Under the pieces are notes generated by a model. The model was given only the letters and a program-made list of their open reading frames with translations, was not told where the DNA came from and made no database searches. A DNA stretch of 64,000 nt from a virus (Duplodnaviria; Caudoviricetes): positions 1 to 64,000 of the IMG/VR virus record IMGVR_UViG_3300001687_001195. The stretch is one strand, 5' to 3'. Below, in pieces: positions 18,996-28,392 of the stretch; position 1 is the stretch's first letter; each line of letters opens with the position of its first letter. Made by a program: the position numbers and the translations under genes.

Positions 18996-19514
18996 ATGCC
19001 CAGGTTGACGGACATCGTTGTGACTGAAGTTTCTTTGGTCACACGGGCCGCGAACAAGCGGAAGTTCCTTTTGTTCAAAAGTGACCCGGAGGAAAACCAT
19101 ATGGATTCCGCGAAGCTGGAAGCAATCCATACGGCAGTCAAAGATCTGGGTACCAGCGTGAATGCCTTCCTTGAGAAGACTGGTGCCAAGGTTGATGTGC
19201 CGAAGAGTGCCGAAGTTTCTGAATTGGTGAAATCAGTTGGGGGACTTACGGCAGCGATCGAGACCGCGTTCAAGAAGCATAGCGAAGATCAACAGAATGC
19301 AGAGAAGAAGATCGGGGAGCAAGCGGAGGAACTTCGCAAGCTCACTGAGGAGTGTGATGACCTGAAGAAGAAGCTGGAAGTGGCGCAAAATGAGATCCCT
19401 GATGAGGTTTTCGATCTGTTGGAAGAAGTTAAGAATGGACTTCCTACAGACGAAACTCTCAAAGATCTTCTCGAAAAAGTGTTGAACGAGAAGTTGGGCC
19501 TGAAGCCCGTGTAA
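18996..19514 (+). CDS. Capsid scaffold-like protein with an N-terminal protease-fold segment
   Basis: Begins MPRLTDIVVTEVSLVTRAANKRKFLLFKS, then a long coiled coil; lies between protease and capsid genes. Confidence 0.7.
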   Translation: MPRLTDIVVTEVSLVTRAANKRKFLLFKSDPEENHMDSAKLEAIHTAVKDLGTSVNAFLEKTGAKVDVPKSAEVSELVKSVGGLTAAIETAFKKHSEDQQNAEKKIGEQAEELRKLTEECDDLKKKLEVAQNEIPDEVFDLLEEVKNGLPTDETLKDLLEKVLNEKLGLKPV

Positions 19515-19578
19515 CGGGCGCCATCGCCAGTCAATTATTTGCTGGTAGGTACGTTCAAACGACTTTGGAGATTTCAAT

Positions 19579-20943
19579 ATGAGAACGGTTGAAGACCTGA
19601 AGAAAACGGTAGCGGGCATCAGAGACGCTGCCGGAAGGGTTTCAAGCCGTGAGAACGTGGAGAAGATGGCGCACGACCTTCTCGCGGCTTCAAGAACCCA
19701 TGCTGATGAACTTCGTAAAGGCCAGTACGCGGCCATGGATAGTCATGAGGAAATCTTCAAGAGCGCCAACGATCCTGAAGAATTTCTGACGACTGTTCCG
19801 ATGGAGCAGGAGGCGAAAGAGTTCCACAAGTGGCAGGATGACGTGCTCATCATGACCGCTCTTCTCACGAAGACGCACCCCATTGTGGAACGTCCAGATC
19901 CAAGATCATTGAAGACGTGGCGACGTGGTGAGAGACGATTCGCAAAGTTCATTAAGGCGATGAGCGATACAGCCGGATCCGGGCAAGATTGGATTCCGAC
20001 TCTGTTCTCTTCGCAGTTGATCGACACCTTCCATCTTGCGCAGCGAGTTGAAGGCTTGTTCGATGCGATTGACCCGATGCCGAGTGATCCTTTCAAGATT
20101 CCGATCGTTTCTGCGGACGGGTCGATCAAGATCATCCCGGAATCTACCATTGACAATGCGACCAAGATTTCGGCTGCTACGCCGGGTACCAGCAACATTA
20201 CGCTGGAAACGACCAAGCTCGGTATTCGGATGGTGTTCTCGGAGGAATTGAACGAGGATTCCATCATTCCGATCATGCCATTCTTGCGTAGGAAGCTTGC
20301 GCAGAACATGGCGATCGGCGTGGAAGATGCATTGCTCAATGGCGATCTTTCGACAACGCACATGGATACGGACGTGACCGACAGTGTTGACCCACGGAAA
20401 TCGTGGAATGGGCTTCGTGCTTTGTCGTGGGATGTCAACGCGGCCGGTACTACTACGTGTCTGGACATAGGTGGCGCACAGCTTCAACTTGTGCATGTGC
20501 GTACGGTTCGCGGATACCTCGGCAAGTACGGTGCCGATCCGATGAATCTTGTCTATATCACGTCTCCTACAGGCGCTCTTCAGTTCATGACGCTGGACGA
20601 AGTGCGTACGGTTGACAAGTATGGCCCGAATGCCACCATCCTGACTGGCGAGATCGGGAAGGTGGATAACATTCCGGTGCTCCTCTCCGAAAAGATTCGT
20701 GAAGATCTGAATGGCAGCGGTTTCTATGACAGCACCGCCACGGATAAGACGATGTTCCTTTGTCTTCTTCGTACGGCGTTTGCTGTCGGAACCCGCCGTC
20801 GCATGACTCTCAAGACTTTCACGGATATTCAGACGGATCAGCAAATCTTGGTGGGGCTTACCCGGAAAGATTTCAAAACCTACTATCCGGGTGAACCTGT
20901 CGTGGCCCAGGGATATGACGTGCCGAACGCTCTCACGTCGTAG
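19579..20943 (+). CDS. Major capsid protein (HK97 fold)
   Basis: SGQDWIPTLFSSQLID, TLETTKLG..FSEELNEDSII, EDALLNGD, VDNIPVLLSE; strongly biased codon usage; position. Confidence 0.9.
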   Translation: MRTVEDLKKTVAGIRDAAGRVSSRENVEKMAHDLLAASRTHADELRKGQYAAMDSHEEIFKSANDPEEFLTTVPMEQEAKEFHKWQDDVLIMTALLTKTHPIVERPDPRSLKTWRRGERRFAKFIKAMSDTAGSGQDWIPTLFSSQLIDTFHLAQRVEGLFDAIDPMPSDPFKIPIVSADGSIKIIPESTIDNATKISAATPGTSNITLETTKLGIRMVFSEELNEDSIIPIMPFLRRKLAQNMAIGVEDALLNGDLSTTHMDTDVTDSVDPRKSWNGLRALSWDVNAAGTTTCLDIGGAQLQLVHVRTVRGYLGKYGADPMNLVYITSPTGALQFMTLDEVRTVDKYGPNATILTGEIGKVDNIPVLLSEKIREDLNGSGFYDSTATDKTMFLCLLRTAFAVGTRRRMTLKTFTDIQTDQQILVGLTRKDFKTYYPGEPVVAQGYDVPNALTS

Positions 20944-20955
20944 GTGAACTGAATG

Positions 20956-20990
20956 GGAGAGGGCGAAGCGGCAGTCGCCCTCTCCTCTTT
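20956..20990 (+). terminator. Probable intrinsic terminator after the capsid gene
   Basis: 11-bp stem GGAGAGGGCGA/TCGCCCTCTCC followed by TCTTT. Confidence 0.65.
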
Positions 20991-21012
20991 GACATAATGT
21001 TGCGACGAAGAG

Positions 21013-21642
21013 ATGACACTGTGGTTATGTTTTTCTATCTACAACGAAGCTCCACATATACGCGATTATTTACTACGGTGTAAATGTGCAGCACCACATG
21101 CAAAAGTCATTGTTGTAGACGGACGATATGATCCTTTTCCTGGAGAAAGCTTTCATTCTGATGATGGTACTTTAGAGATCGCACGCGAGTTGGCTGATGT
21201 GGTGATCGAATGCCCGAATGGACGACCATGGCCGAATGAAGAAGTAAAACGAACTGCTTACTTCAAGGTTGGGGAGAATGGCGATGAGTATCTGGTCGTT
21301 GATGGGGATGAGGAAATCATAGGTTCCGTATCACCGCAATTGCCATCGGCATTGGATGCAAATGTCCAATTGCACCGGGATACGGGACAAAAGCCGTACC
21401 CGGTGTTTCGCTATCATAAGCATGATGATGATCTGAAAGTTCATGGGCATCACAATGCGATTTGGAGACGCGGAATACACATTCCACGTAAGAAAAGCCC
21501 GGTATTTTTACAGCGTGATGTAGGATTTGCTCTTCTTCATCATACGCGTATTCGAGAACCTGAAAGACAGCAGAGGAAGAGTCATTACTATCGGTGGCTA
21601 TCGGACAGGGAACGCAGTTTTAGAGCTATTGTTGGAGAATGA
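21013..21642 (+). CDS. GT2/GT-A glycosyltransferase
   Basis: SIYNEAPHI, VIVVDG..SDDGTLEIA, NEEVKR, YLVVDGDEEI (DxD), later HN and HH. Confidence 0.75.
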   Translation: MTLWLCFSIYNEAPHIRDYLLRCKCAAPHAKVIVVDGRYDPFPGESFHSDDGTLEIARELADVVIECPNGRPWPNEEVKRTAYFKVGENGDEYLVVDGDEEIIGSVSPQLPSALDANVQLHRDTGQKPYPVFRYHKHDDDLKVHGHHNAIWRRGIHIPRKKSPVFLQRDVGFALLHHTRIREPERQQRKSHYYRWLSDRERSFRAIVGE

Positions 21643-21643
21643 A

Positions 21644-22051
21644 ATGTCTTGTGTAATCGAAATCAAAGCATTGATGAATTATGTGGGTCCGCTCGGTCAG
21701 TATACGCGCGGTCAAACGTTTGAACGTCCAGAGGGAATGCGAGGTTCGTTTGAGGCAAAGCCGCAGCATTTCAAGATCTTGCGTACAATCGATCTGGAAC
21801 GCGTTGCGTTAACACCGCCGCCGGAGGGTGTTCGACGTATCGATCTGACAGCGAAACCAGGATTTCAGTGCCCCGCGGAAGAAAAGCGTCTTGTGAAGTG
21901 GTCTGGGAATCATGTAGTTACGTACGCTGGAGAAAGGGTGGTTCCTGGTACAGAATTGATTATTCCGAAATCTTGGTTAGGTGCGCTGCTAGAGACTGAC
22001 GGCTTCATTCAACTCAGAGGAAAGATTGCTCCGGCTACCGAAGTTGCGTAG
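21644..22051 (+). CDS. Hypothetical head-module protein
   Basis: Between capsid and head-tail connector genes. Confidence 0.6.
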   Translation: MSCVIEIKALMNYVGPLGQYTRGQTFERPEGMRGSFEAKPQHFKILRTIDLERVALTPPPEGVRRIDLTAKPGFQCPAEEKRLVKWSGNHVVTYAGERVVPGTELIIPKSWLGALLETDGFIQLRGKIAPATEVA

Positions 22052-22053
22052 CC

Positions 22054-22683
22054 ATGGCTTCAATTTCTCAATATGCCTTAGTCACGTACGAAGAAGCAAT
22101 TGATTGGTTGGGCGATACTACGATTTTAACAAAGACGATAACGCCGATCATCAATCGTGCTTCCGAAATCGTTGAACGAATCACAAGTAGACATTTCGTA
22201 CAGCGTGCGAAAACCGTGTACTATGATGGTAATGGCGAGCGGGATCTGAATTTATTTCATTATCCGATTGTTGTCGTGTACACGGTTCACGTCGATAACG
22301 ATCGTGAATTTGGGGATGACGAGCAATGGGCAGAGGGCCGAGATTTCATTGTCTATAAACAGGACGGAATCTTAGCTGCTGTAGCATTGAATGATCCTAC
22401 GCATGGACTTGGGTATTGGCCTATCGGAGTACAAAACGTCAAGATTTCACTGACGTATGGGTATAGCGCGGTTCCTGAAGACATTAAGCAAGCTGTTTTG
22501 GAGATCATTCAAGATTTGTACAGTCGTATTGGGGCGAATCGTGCAATCACGGAAGAGCAAGTTTTGAATTACCGTGTGAAGTATGCGGAGACGGCGTATG
22601 GACCAATACCGAGATCTGCTTATGACGTATTGATGTCTTATGCAGATCCACTTGGGTATATGCCGCGCTTTACGGAGGAGTAA
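22054..22683 (+). CDS. Head-tail connector/adaptor (gp6/gp15-like)
   Basis: LVTYEEA..IINRASEIVE..T.R.F, NVKISLTYGYSAVPEDIKQAVLEII. Confidence 0.8.
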   Translation: MASISQYALVTYEEAIDWLGDTTILTKTITPIINRASEIVERITSRHFVQRAKTVYYDGNGERDLNLFHYPIVVVYTVHVDNDREFGDDEQWAEGRDFIVYKQDGILAAVALNDPTHGLGYWPIGVQNVKISLTYGYSAVPEDIKQAVLEIIQDLYSRIGANRAITEEQVLNYRVKYAETAYGPIPRSAYDVLMSYADPLGYMPRFTEE

Positions 22684-22684
22684 A

Positions 22685-23026
22685 GTGTCTTTTCAAAGTC
22701 TCCTCATCCATAGATGCACGATCACGAAGCCTGTCACATACACAGACCCGTACTACTATGTTGTTCAAGAAGAAGTTGGAGAAGACATTTCTTGTCGCTT
22801 GGTAGCGATTGACGCCACCTTGATCCGAACCGTATTGGGGAGAACGCCGCGGGGAACCCATATTCTGTATTTGCAGGGAAACCAGGAGATTGATCAGAAT
22901 TACGTGGTGACTCTTGATCACATTACAGGACGCGAATTTCGAGTAGTGGAGGATCTGCCAGCGTACACGACAAGCAGCGTTCCGCATCATAAGGAATGCT
23001 TGGTCGAAGAAAAGACGCAGATGTAA
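22685..23026 (+). CDS. Head closure protein (SPP1 gp16-like)
   Basis: SFQSLLIHRCTI..DPY..ISCRL..HILYL..H.E; position. Confidence 0.65.
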   Translation: MSFQSLLIHRCTITKPVTYTDPYYYVVQEEVGEDISCRLVAIDATLIRTVLGRTPRGTHILYLQGNQEIDQNYVVTLDHITGREFRVVEDLPAYTTSSVPHHKECLVEEKTQM

Positions 23027-23517
23027 TGGCTACTAGAGCGATTCGTGGTTCTTTCTTCTTTTGGACGCAAGTGAGGCGTCCTAAAAAGATGGAAGCAACC
23101 ATCAGAAGTTTTCAGAAAGGGGGTGCTTTCTGGCATCGTGTTAAAGAGACGTACATCCAGATTGGAAAGTTCATGGTGCGTATGTCTCGTCAAAGAGCAC
23201 CAGAGTTCACGGGTGCCTTAAAGGCGAGCTTGAATTACCGTGTTCGAGGTCCGTTGGAAGAGCCTGAGATGCGTTTTGCAGCGGACATTTTCTATGCTGC
23301 GCCAGTAGAGGAAGGAAGTCGAAAGCATGTTACGTTTTCGCCACGAGTACGCTTGTGGGCGGAAGCTAAAGGCTACAATCCATGGATCATCTATCGGATG
23401 ATACGTCTTGAAGGAACTGCAGCACATCCGTTTTTTTGGCCCACTGTTGATGATGGAGAACGTGGTTTACGATTGCGGTTGTATAAACTATTGAATCGTG
23501 TTGTTAGAGGGCAATGA
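23026..23517 (+). CDS. HK97 gp10-like tail completion/neck protein
   Basis: RAPEFTGALKASL, YAAPVEEGS, GTAAHPFFWPT. Confidence 0.75.
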   Translation: MATRAIRGSFFFWTQVRRPKKMEATIRSFQKGGAFWHRVKETYIQIGKFMVRMSRQRAPEFTGALKASLNYRVRGPLEEPEMRFAADIFYAAPVEEGSRKHVTFSPRVRLWAEAKGYNPWIIYRMIRLEGTAAHPFFWPTVDDGERGLRLRLYKLLNRVVRGQ

Positions 23518-23520
23518 CCC

Positions 23521-24030
23521 GTGGCTTACATTCATGCAAAAGTAATTTGTGAGCATCTTCGGGATGTGTCGTTAATTGGCATGAAATCAGCCGCCCCGAC
23601 AGGCGTTGGCGCCAAGATCATTCAGCTTGGAGATCTAACATATTTTGCTGCGGGCATTAGCAACACGGTTATTCCCATCATTTTGATTAAGCCTATTCGG
23701 GCACCTTTTGATGAGAGCGAAGCCGGGTTGCTTAAAGCCGCGTACACATTATTAATTCGTATTGTGTACGTTCGATCGTACTCGGAAGCGTCGGGGGCTG
23801 TGTCATTAAAAATTCAAGATACAGAGAAGATCGTTGAAGCGCTTTGGAGTGATTGGTTGTTTGAAGGGATTACGCTTGATGCGGTAGGTAGTCAGATTTC
23901 ATCTTCCATGGTGACAGATGTTGATTTTGAACCGGAAGAAGATCTTTTTGCGTCAGCGTTGGATGAATCGTTGCAAGCCAGTGCGATAGAAGTTGAGACC
24001 ATGGTGCATGTGAATAGGAAACAATCATGA
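23521..24030 (+). CDS. Putative tail terminator
   Basis: Position before the tube gene; size; PIILIKP..IRIVY. Confidence 0.5.
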   Translation: MAYIHAKVICEHLRDVSLIGMKSAAPTGVGAKIIQLGDLTYFAAGISNTVIPIILIKPIRAPFDESEAGLLKAAYTLLIRIVYVRSYSEASGAVSLKIQDTEKIVEALWSDWLFEGITLDAVGSQISSSMVTDVDFEPEEDLFASALDESLQASAIEVETMVHVNRKQS

Positions 24031-24278
24031 AAATCGTAATTGAAACTGACGGACTTTCTGACAATACGCATATCCAAATCAACGGTGACGATTACAAAGA
24101 CATCATCTCATTTGGATTTTTTATCAAGGAACGTACTGATAAGTGTAAGTTGCAGATCAAACGTGCGGTGCCAGGAGCGCCGGATGCCTGGACGAACCTC
24201 TTTGGTCCAGAGATTTCCCGCTTCGATAATGATACAGCCAATAGAAGAGCCGCAGCGCCGCCTGCAACCGGAAAGTAA
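24027..24278 (+). CDS. Hypothetical protein
   Basis: ATGA-coupled small ORF. Confidence 0.55.
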   Translation: MKIVIETDGLSDNTHIQINGDDYKDIISFGFFIKERTDKCKLQIKRAVPGAPDAWTNLFGPEISRFDNDTANRRAAAPPATGK

Positions 24279-24298
24279 AGGCGTGAGGAGTAATCGCC

Positions 24299-25366
24299 AT
24301 GCCGGATGCCGGACTTGGAAACAAATCATACGCCGGTCTCAACTTTGAGACAGCTTGGGGAACGAAAAATACCGATCTTACGCAATTTGAAGGTGTGGCT
24401 ACGGGGTTAAAACCCTGGATCGACATCAACAGTGAAACATTGACGGTGGAAGAACGTCCGCTGCGTAGTGCTTCGTTGACTGGTATTGGCCCGCTATACA
24501 ACAAGATCGCACCAGGACCGAGAGGGATTACTGGAGATATTGTTTGGACACCGAATTACGATTCGGAAACCATTCAACGTTTGTTCCGAGCAGCGATGGG
24601 GTTTTATCTCAATGTAGGTAACAATGAGATTCAGTACCGTCCAGATGACAAACTTCCAGCGGTGACTGCAGAAGTCCATCTCGACAAAACGGCCGTGCGT
24701 TTCTATGGTGGTTCAGTTTCTCAGCTTCGCGGAACCGTATCTCCTGATAGTTTCTTCGATATTACGGCAAGTTTCATCTTCAAAGATTTTGATGAAATTG
24801 CCTATGTCGATTGGAAGACAGTCTCATTCGATGGCACAAACAGGGATACGTTGATTCGCTCTGATCATCTTTCGATTGCGCGATTCACACCCGAAGGTGG
24901 AAGCAATATCGACATTGCCAGTGTACGTGATTTCGAGTTCTTCTATGACAATCGATTGAACCCAGATCGTCGCGTTCTCGGGTCACGGTTGATCAAAGAA
25001 CCTGACCGTACTGATCGATTGGCTACTGGTGGTCGCGCTGTACTTGAGTTTGACGATGCAACGCTGTTCTATCAATTCTATACACAGACTGTGGGACAAA
25101 TGATTTTCAAGTTCGACTCTGGAGAAGGAACAGCTTCCAGCGGTACGAACTTCAGCATCATTTTCGATTGGCCGCGTGCGCGAATTGCCACGGGCACCCC
25201 CACGGTAAACGCTTTCGGTATCATCACTCTCGAAGTGGAATGGGAAGGATTGCAGGGAGTAGATGGTGATTTCGGGACAGATGCAGCGTTGATTGCTACG
25301 ATCATTAACAATTCTCAACTTGCTGCGAATGCACAGCCTGCTAACTATACGTCCTGGACTCCATAG
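24299..25366 (+). CDS. Tail tube protein paralogue 1 (probable major tail protein)
   Basis: GLNFETAWGT, ETLTVE, ITGDI, DDKLPAVTAEV, DNRLNPDRRVLGSRLIKEP, GTPTVNAFGIITLEVEW. Confidence 0.75.
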   Translation: MPDAGLGNKSYAGLNFETAWGTKNTDLTQFEGVATGLKPWIDINSETLTVEERPLRSASLTGIGPLYNKIAPGPRGITGDIVWTPNYDSETIQRLFRAAMGFYLNVGNNEIQYRPDDKLPAVTAEVHLDKTAVRFYGGSVSQLRGTVSPDSFFDITASFIFKDFDEIAYVDWKTVSFDGTNRDTLIRSDHLSIARFTPEGGSNIDIASVRDFEFFYDNRLNPDRRVLGSRLIKEPDRTDRLATGGRAVLEFDDATLFYQFYTQTVGQMIFKFDSGEGTASSGTNFSIIFDWPRARIATGTPTVNAFGIITLEVEWEGLQGVDGDFGTDAALIATIINNSQLAANAQPANYTSWTP

Positions 25367-25392
25367 TGATCTTGGTTTGATGGAGATGGTCG

Positions 25393-26526
25393 ATGACGCT
25401 CGATCCTCTGTCTGGTCGCTCGACATACGCATTGATTGAATTGGAGACCGAGTACGGTCAGCGACCATCTCCATTCCCCGGTACTACACACCAATACGTT
25501 CATTTTACGAGTGAAGATTTCGATAAGCGAATGGATAATCTTGTTTCTCCGAGGTTATCATCTGAACGAGTACCATGGACGCGAGTATACAGAACGAATC
25601 AATATGTTGAAGGAACGTTGATTTTTGAATTGGGGTATAAGGGTGCTGAATTACTTCTACAAGCCGCGTGGGGAGAACGCAAGACTACGAACTTTGCGAG
25701 AAACCAAGCTCCTGAAGTTTACAATCATCTTTTTTTGACGGCTGCTGATTTGCCTTCTTTCACGATGGAGGTTGGGTTTGGCAAAAGAGCATTGCAATTG
25801 TATGGTTGCGTGATTAACACGATTACCTTAACAGCATTGTCGATGGGATTCGTGGTTTGCAAATTAACGGTTGTGGCGCAACGTGCGGAATTGTTTAGAG
25901 TACCAAGTGCTGAAGTGCCGGTACGCACTCCTGTAATACACGATCAAATGATTACGGGTACACATCATGGCGGGATGATTCTGATTTGGTACTCTGAATC
26001 GCCTGGTACGGAAACATACATTCCTTCGCTATCTTCCTTTGAAGCTACACTAGATAATAAACTTCGTATTGCTTATCCGCTTGGTAGCGATTTGATGAAG
26101 AAGCCTGCGCGCGGAGACTATCGGCAAGTCTCTGGACGATTTGTTGGGGAGTTCAATGACCCGGCATTCGATGCATTTCGTCATTATTCATCTGCACAGA
26201 AATGTGTGTGGATACAGTATGCGACGAATGGCGTGAATGTACCTATCCCAACTGGCCCTGGATCTAATCCAAATGGAAATGTTCCTGGCTATGATTTCAC
26301 GATTGAATATAGAGGCAATAAATTAGATCTTCGTTCGGCTACTCCGAAGATCATGGATACGGGTGTAGTCATTTTGGATGTTCCGTTTGAAGGGTACTAT
26401 GATGTAAGCGGAACGCAAAGCCCGCCGAACCCTCCGGAATTGTTGTGGAATGATGAACCATTCATTTTTAGGACGCAGAATGATTTGAATGGTCTTCTGT
26501 TGTCCGCTTTGCAGAGAAGTACTTAG
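25393..26526 (+). CDS. Tail tube protein paralogue 2
   Basis: LIELETEYG, VEGTL, ADLPSFTMEVG, LYGCVINTITL, LDNKL..LGSDLMKKP, ATPKIMDTG..LDVPF. Confidence 0.75.
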   Translation: MTLDPLSGRSTYALIELETEYGQRPSPFPGTTHQYVHFTSEDFDKRMDNLVSPRLSSERVPWTRVYRTNQYVEGTLIFELGYKGAELLLQAAWGERKTTNFARNQAPEVYNHLFLTAADLPSFTMEVGFGKRALQLYGCVINTITLTALSMGFVVCKLTVVAQRAELFRVPSAEVPVRTPVIHDQMITGTHHGGMILIWYSESPGTETYIPSLSSFEATLDNKLRIAYPLGSDLMKKPARGDYRQVSGRFVGEFNDPAFDAFRHYSSAQKCVWIQYATNGVNVPIPTGPGSNPNGNVPGYDFTIEYRGNKLDLRSATPKIMDTGVVILDVPFEGYYDVSGTQSPPNPPELLWNDEPFIFRTQNDLNGLLLSALQRST

Positions 26527-26536
26527 GAGTGATGTC

Positions 26537-27127
26537 ATGGAGCGTAAACCATCCCCAAAGCCCGAAGGAATTGAATCGGATGCACAAGCATCCATGATGC
26601 AGCAGTTGCGGGAAGTTGATCCGGAGATCGCAAAGAAGGGAATGCCGCTTAAGCCAGTTGCCGAGGCGGCAAGGCCACCGGAAAAACCTGTGGAACAGAA
26701 ATCAGAATTGGCGGTTTTAACAGGGCGATGCGTTTGGGATACCGAAACAGAAATGTGGACGGATCGCTTTGGCAAGAAACATGGAATCCATGTCTTAGAC
26801 TTTGGGGATCTTGGTGAGTTTGAGCGGCGCCATGGTGAGTTGAATAAAGCATTTGAAGACAAAGACAATCAGTTGAATCTGATGCTTACCCTAACTTGGC
26901 TGGCCATTCGTAAGGAAGGATGTTCGGATGATGATTTGGATCATGAACGATTCAAATACACACGTCCGGCTGTTGGCCGCATGTTTGGGATTAATGATGG
27001 AGCCGTTCTGGTACGTGTTGCCATGAATGTTCTCAAGGCAAGTGGGATGGACATCGATGTAGATGACCTGGGAAACCAACTGGAGGCGGGCGAAGAGGAA
27101 GAGCAAGCGCCCGCCGAGGACTCCTGA
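26537..27127 (+). CDS. Tail assembly chaperone (gpG-like)
   Basis: SD AGGAG; acidic C-terminus; slippery site near the end; tail-module position. Confidence 0.65.
   Translation: MERKPSPKPEGIESDAQASMMQQLREVDPEIAKKGMPLKPVAEAARPPEKPVEQKSELAVLTGRCVWDTETEMWTDRFGKKHGIHVLDFGDLGEFERRHGELNKAFEDKDNQLNLMLTLTWLAIRKEGCSDDDLDHERFKYTRPAVGRMFGINDGAVLVRVAMNVLKASGMDIDVDDLGNQLEAGEEEEQAPAEDS
27070..27076 (+). promoter_or_regulatory. -1 ribosomal frameshift slippery heptamer G GGA AAC
   Basis: X XXY YYZ in the correct frame of the chaperone; the -1 frame stays open to 27267. Confidence 0.75.
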
Positions 27128-27135
27128 TCAAAGGA

Positions 27136-27267
27136 ATGTGGGCGAGCATCTTTTTGCTGATGAAAGAAAAAGGGTTTTCCATGCGCGAAATCCGTCGTAT
27201 GACGCTGCCTCAGCTTCAGTGGTGGATGAAAGCGATGGACATTGCGCGCGAGGCATCCAAGCGATAA
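27136..27267 (+). CDS. gpT-like chaperone extension (missing from the ORF track), probably made as a G-T fusion
   Basis: MWASIFLLMKEKGFSMREIRRMTLPQLQWWMKAMDIAREASKR, a typical gpT-like EIxxMTLxQL motif. Confidence 0.7.
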   Translation: MWASIFLLMKEKGFSMREIRRMTLPQLQWWMKAMDIAREASKR

Positions 27268-27279
27268 TGGGAGGGTTCG

Positions 27280-28383
27280 ATGGGGCTCGGCACGCCAACT
27301 ACAGTGACGCCGCGCCAAGGCCGCGATCTTTATGTAATTATCAAAAGGGAAGAAGAGTATGGGGTAGTTCCCGATGATTTTTACATAGATGCGGTGTACT
27401 TGGATGCATCTGGAGAAACGATTCAACTTGCCCGCGAAAATCTGTACTCATCAGGAGTTCGCGGGCATGGTCATAAATACAATAGGGTCGTAAGCGGAGC
27501 AGCAGGTATTTCAGTTGGCGGGGACTTTCTATCTGACATACAGTACAAAGGTCTTGAAACACTTTTGTACGGTGCGCTCGGTGGATGGGCCTACGCACAG
27601 CCTGATCCAACCAATTCTCCTACCGTGTATAGTCATGCCTTTTACCCGGTAGATGATTTACCATCGTTCACAATTGAGATTGGTAAGGGGAAACAAGTAG
27701 GCGCCGGATTCCGCTATACAGGGATTATGGTCAATTCATTGACTCTTGGTGTCTCTGCAGATGGATTTTTGACAGGAACGTTCGGTCTGATCGGAAAAGA
27801 TGTCGAAGCGATTAACCCTACTACGGGGTATGCGATCACGTATGAACAACTTGTAAATTCTACTCATTTGGTGACGATACGATTCATTGATATTACTCAA
27901 ATTGTGAAAGACATCAGTGCAATTGTTGGGTACGCGGTGTCGATTGACAATCAACTTTCAAACGATCGTCGTTTTTTGGGAAGTGCCAATATTCAGAAGC
28001 CACAGCGTACAGACAAACGCAAAGTCAATGGCCGTATTGTGATGGAAGTTGGAGATGAAATTGTAGATGCGTTTACATCTTTCTATTATGGCTACCGACA
28101 TGACATCTTACTGAATTTTTTGGGTACTACTATTGATGGCATCTTTAACAAGAGTTTCAGCATTCGTACATTCCGTACTGAGTTTCGTGGTGGAACGCCT
28201 TCTGTGGTAAGTGCAGGGCGCCAACATGCTGATGTTCCGTTTGATTGCTTCTCCGATACGATTGAACCAATCCCTCCTAACTTTACCTTTGATGGGGAAA
28301 TTCTTTTGGGCATGACGAATGATCAAGTGCCGCCTGCTTATGCAACGAGCATAGGTGATTTTGACGAAGACTTTGCTTTCTAA
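27280..28383 (+). CDS. Tail tube protein paralogue 3
   Basis: IIKREEEYG, VGGDF, DDLPSFTIEIG, YTGIMVNSLTL, IDNQLSNDRRFLGSANIQKP, GTPSVVSAG..DVPF. Confidence 0.75.
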   Translation: MGLGTPTTVTPRQGRDLYVIIKREEEYGVVPDDFYIDAVYLDASGETIQLARENLYSSGVRGHGHKYNRVVSGAAGISVGGDFLSDIQYKGLETLLYGALGGWAYAQPDPTNSPTVYSHAFYPVDDLPSFTIEIGKGKQVGAGFRYTGIMVNSLTLGVSADGFLTGTFGLIGKDVEAINPTTGYAITYEQLVNSTHLVTIRFIDITQIVKDISAIVGYAVSIDNQLSNDRRFLGSANIQKPQRTDKRKVNGRIVMEVGDEIVDAFTSFYYGYRHDILLNFLGTTIDGIFNKSFSIRTFRTEFRGGTPSVVSAGRQHADVPFDCFSDTIEPIPPNFTFDGEILLGMTNDQVPPAYATSIGDFDEDFAF

Positions 28384-28392
28384 GGTAAACAA

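Noticed and set aside
19505-19550. Two small hairpins before the capsid gene, and one at 58893-58918
   Set aside because: Short ordinary stems, plausibly mRNA-stabilising, with no distinctive feature
19906-20844. 312-aa antisense ORF over the capsid gene, and other minus-strand ORFs in the track
   Set aside because: Shadow ORFs expected from strong codon bias; no RBS or recognisable motifs; the + strand is already fully tiled
20989-21000. TTGACATAAT as a promoter for the GT gene
   Set aside because: The -35-like and -10-like hexamers overlap with no spacer; no -10 at 16-18 nt
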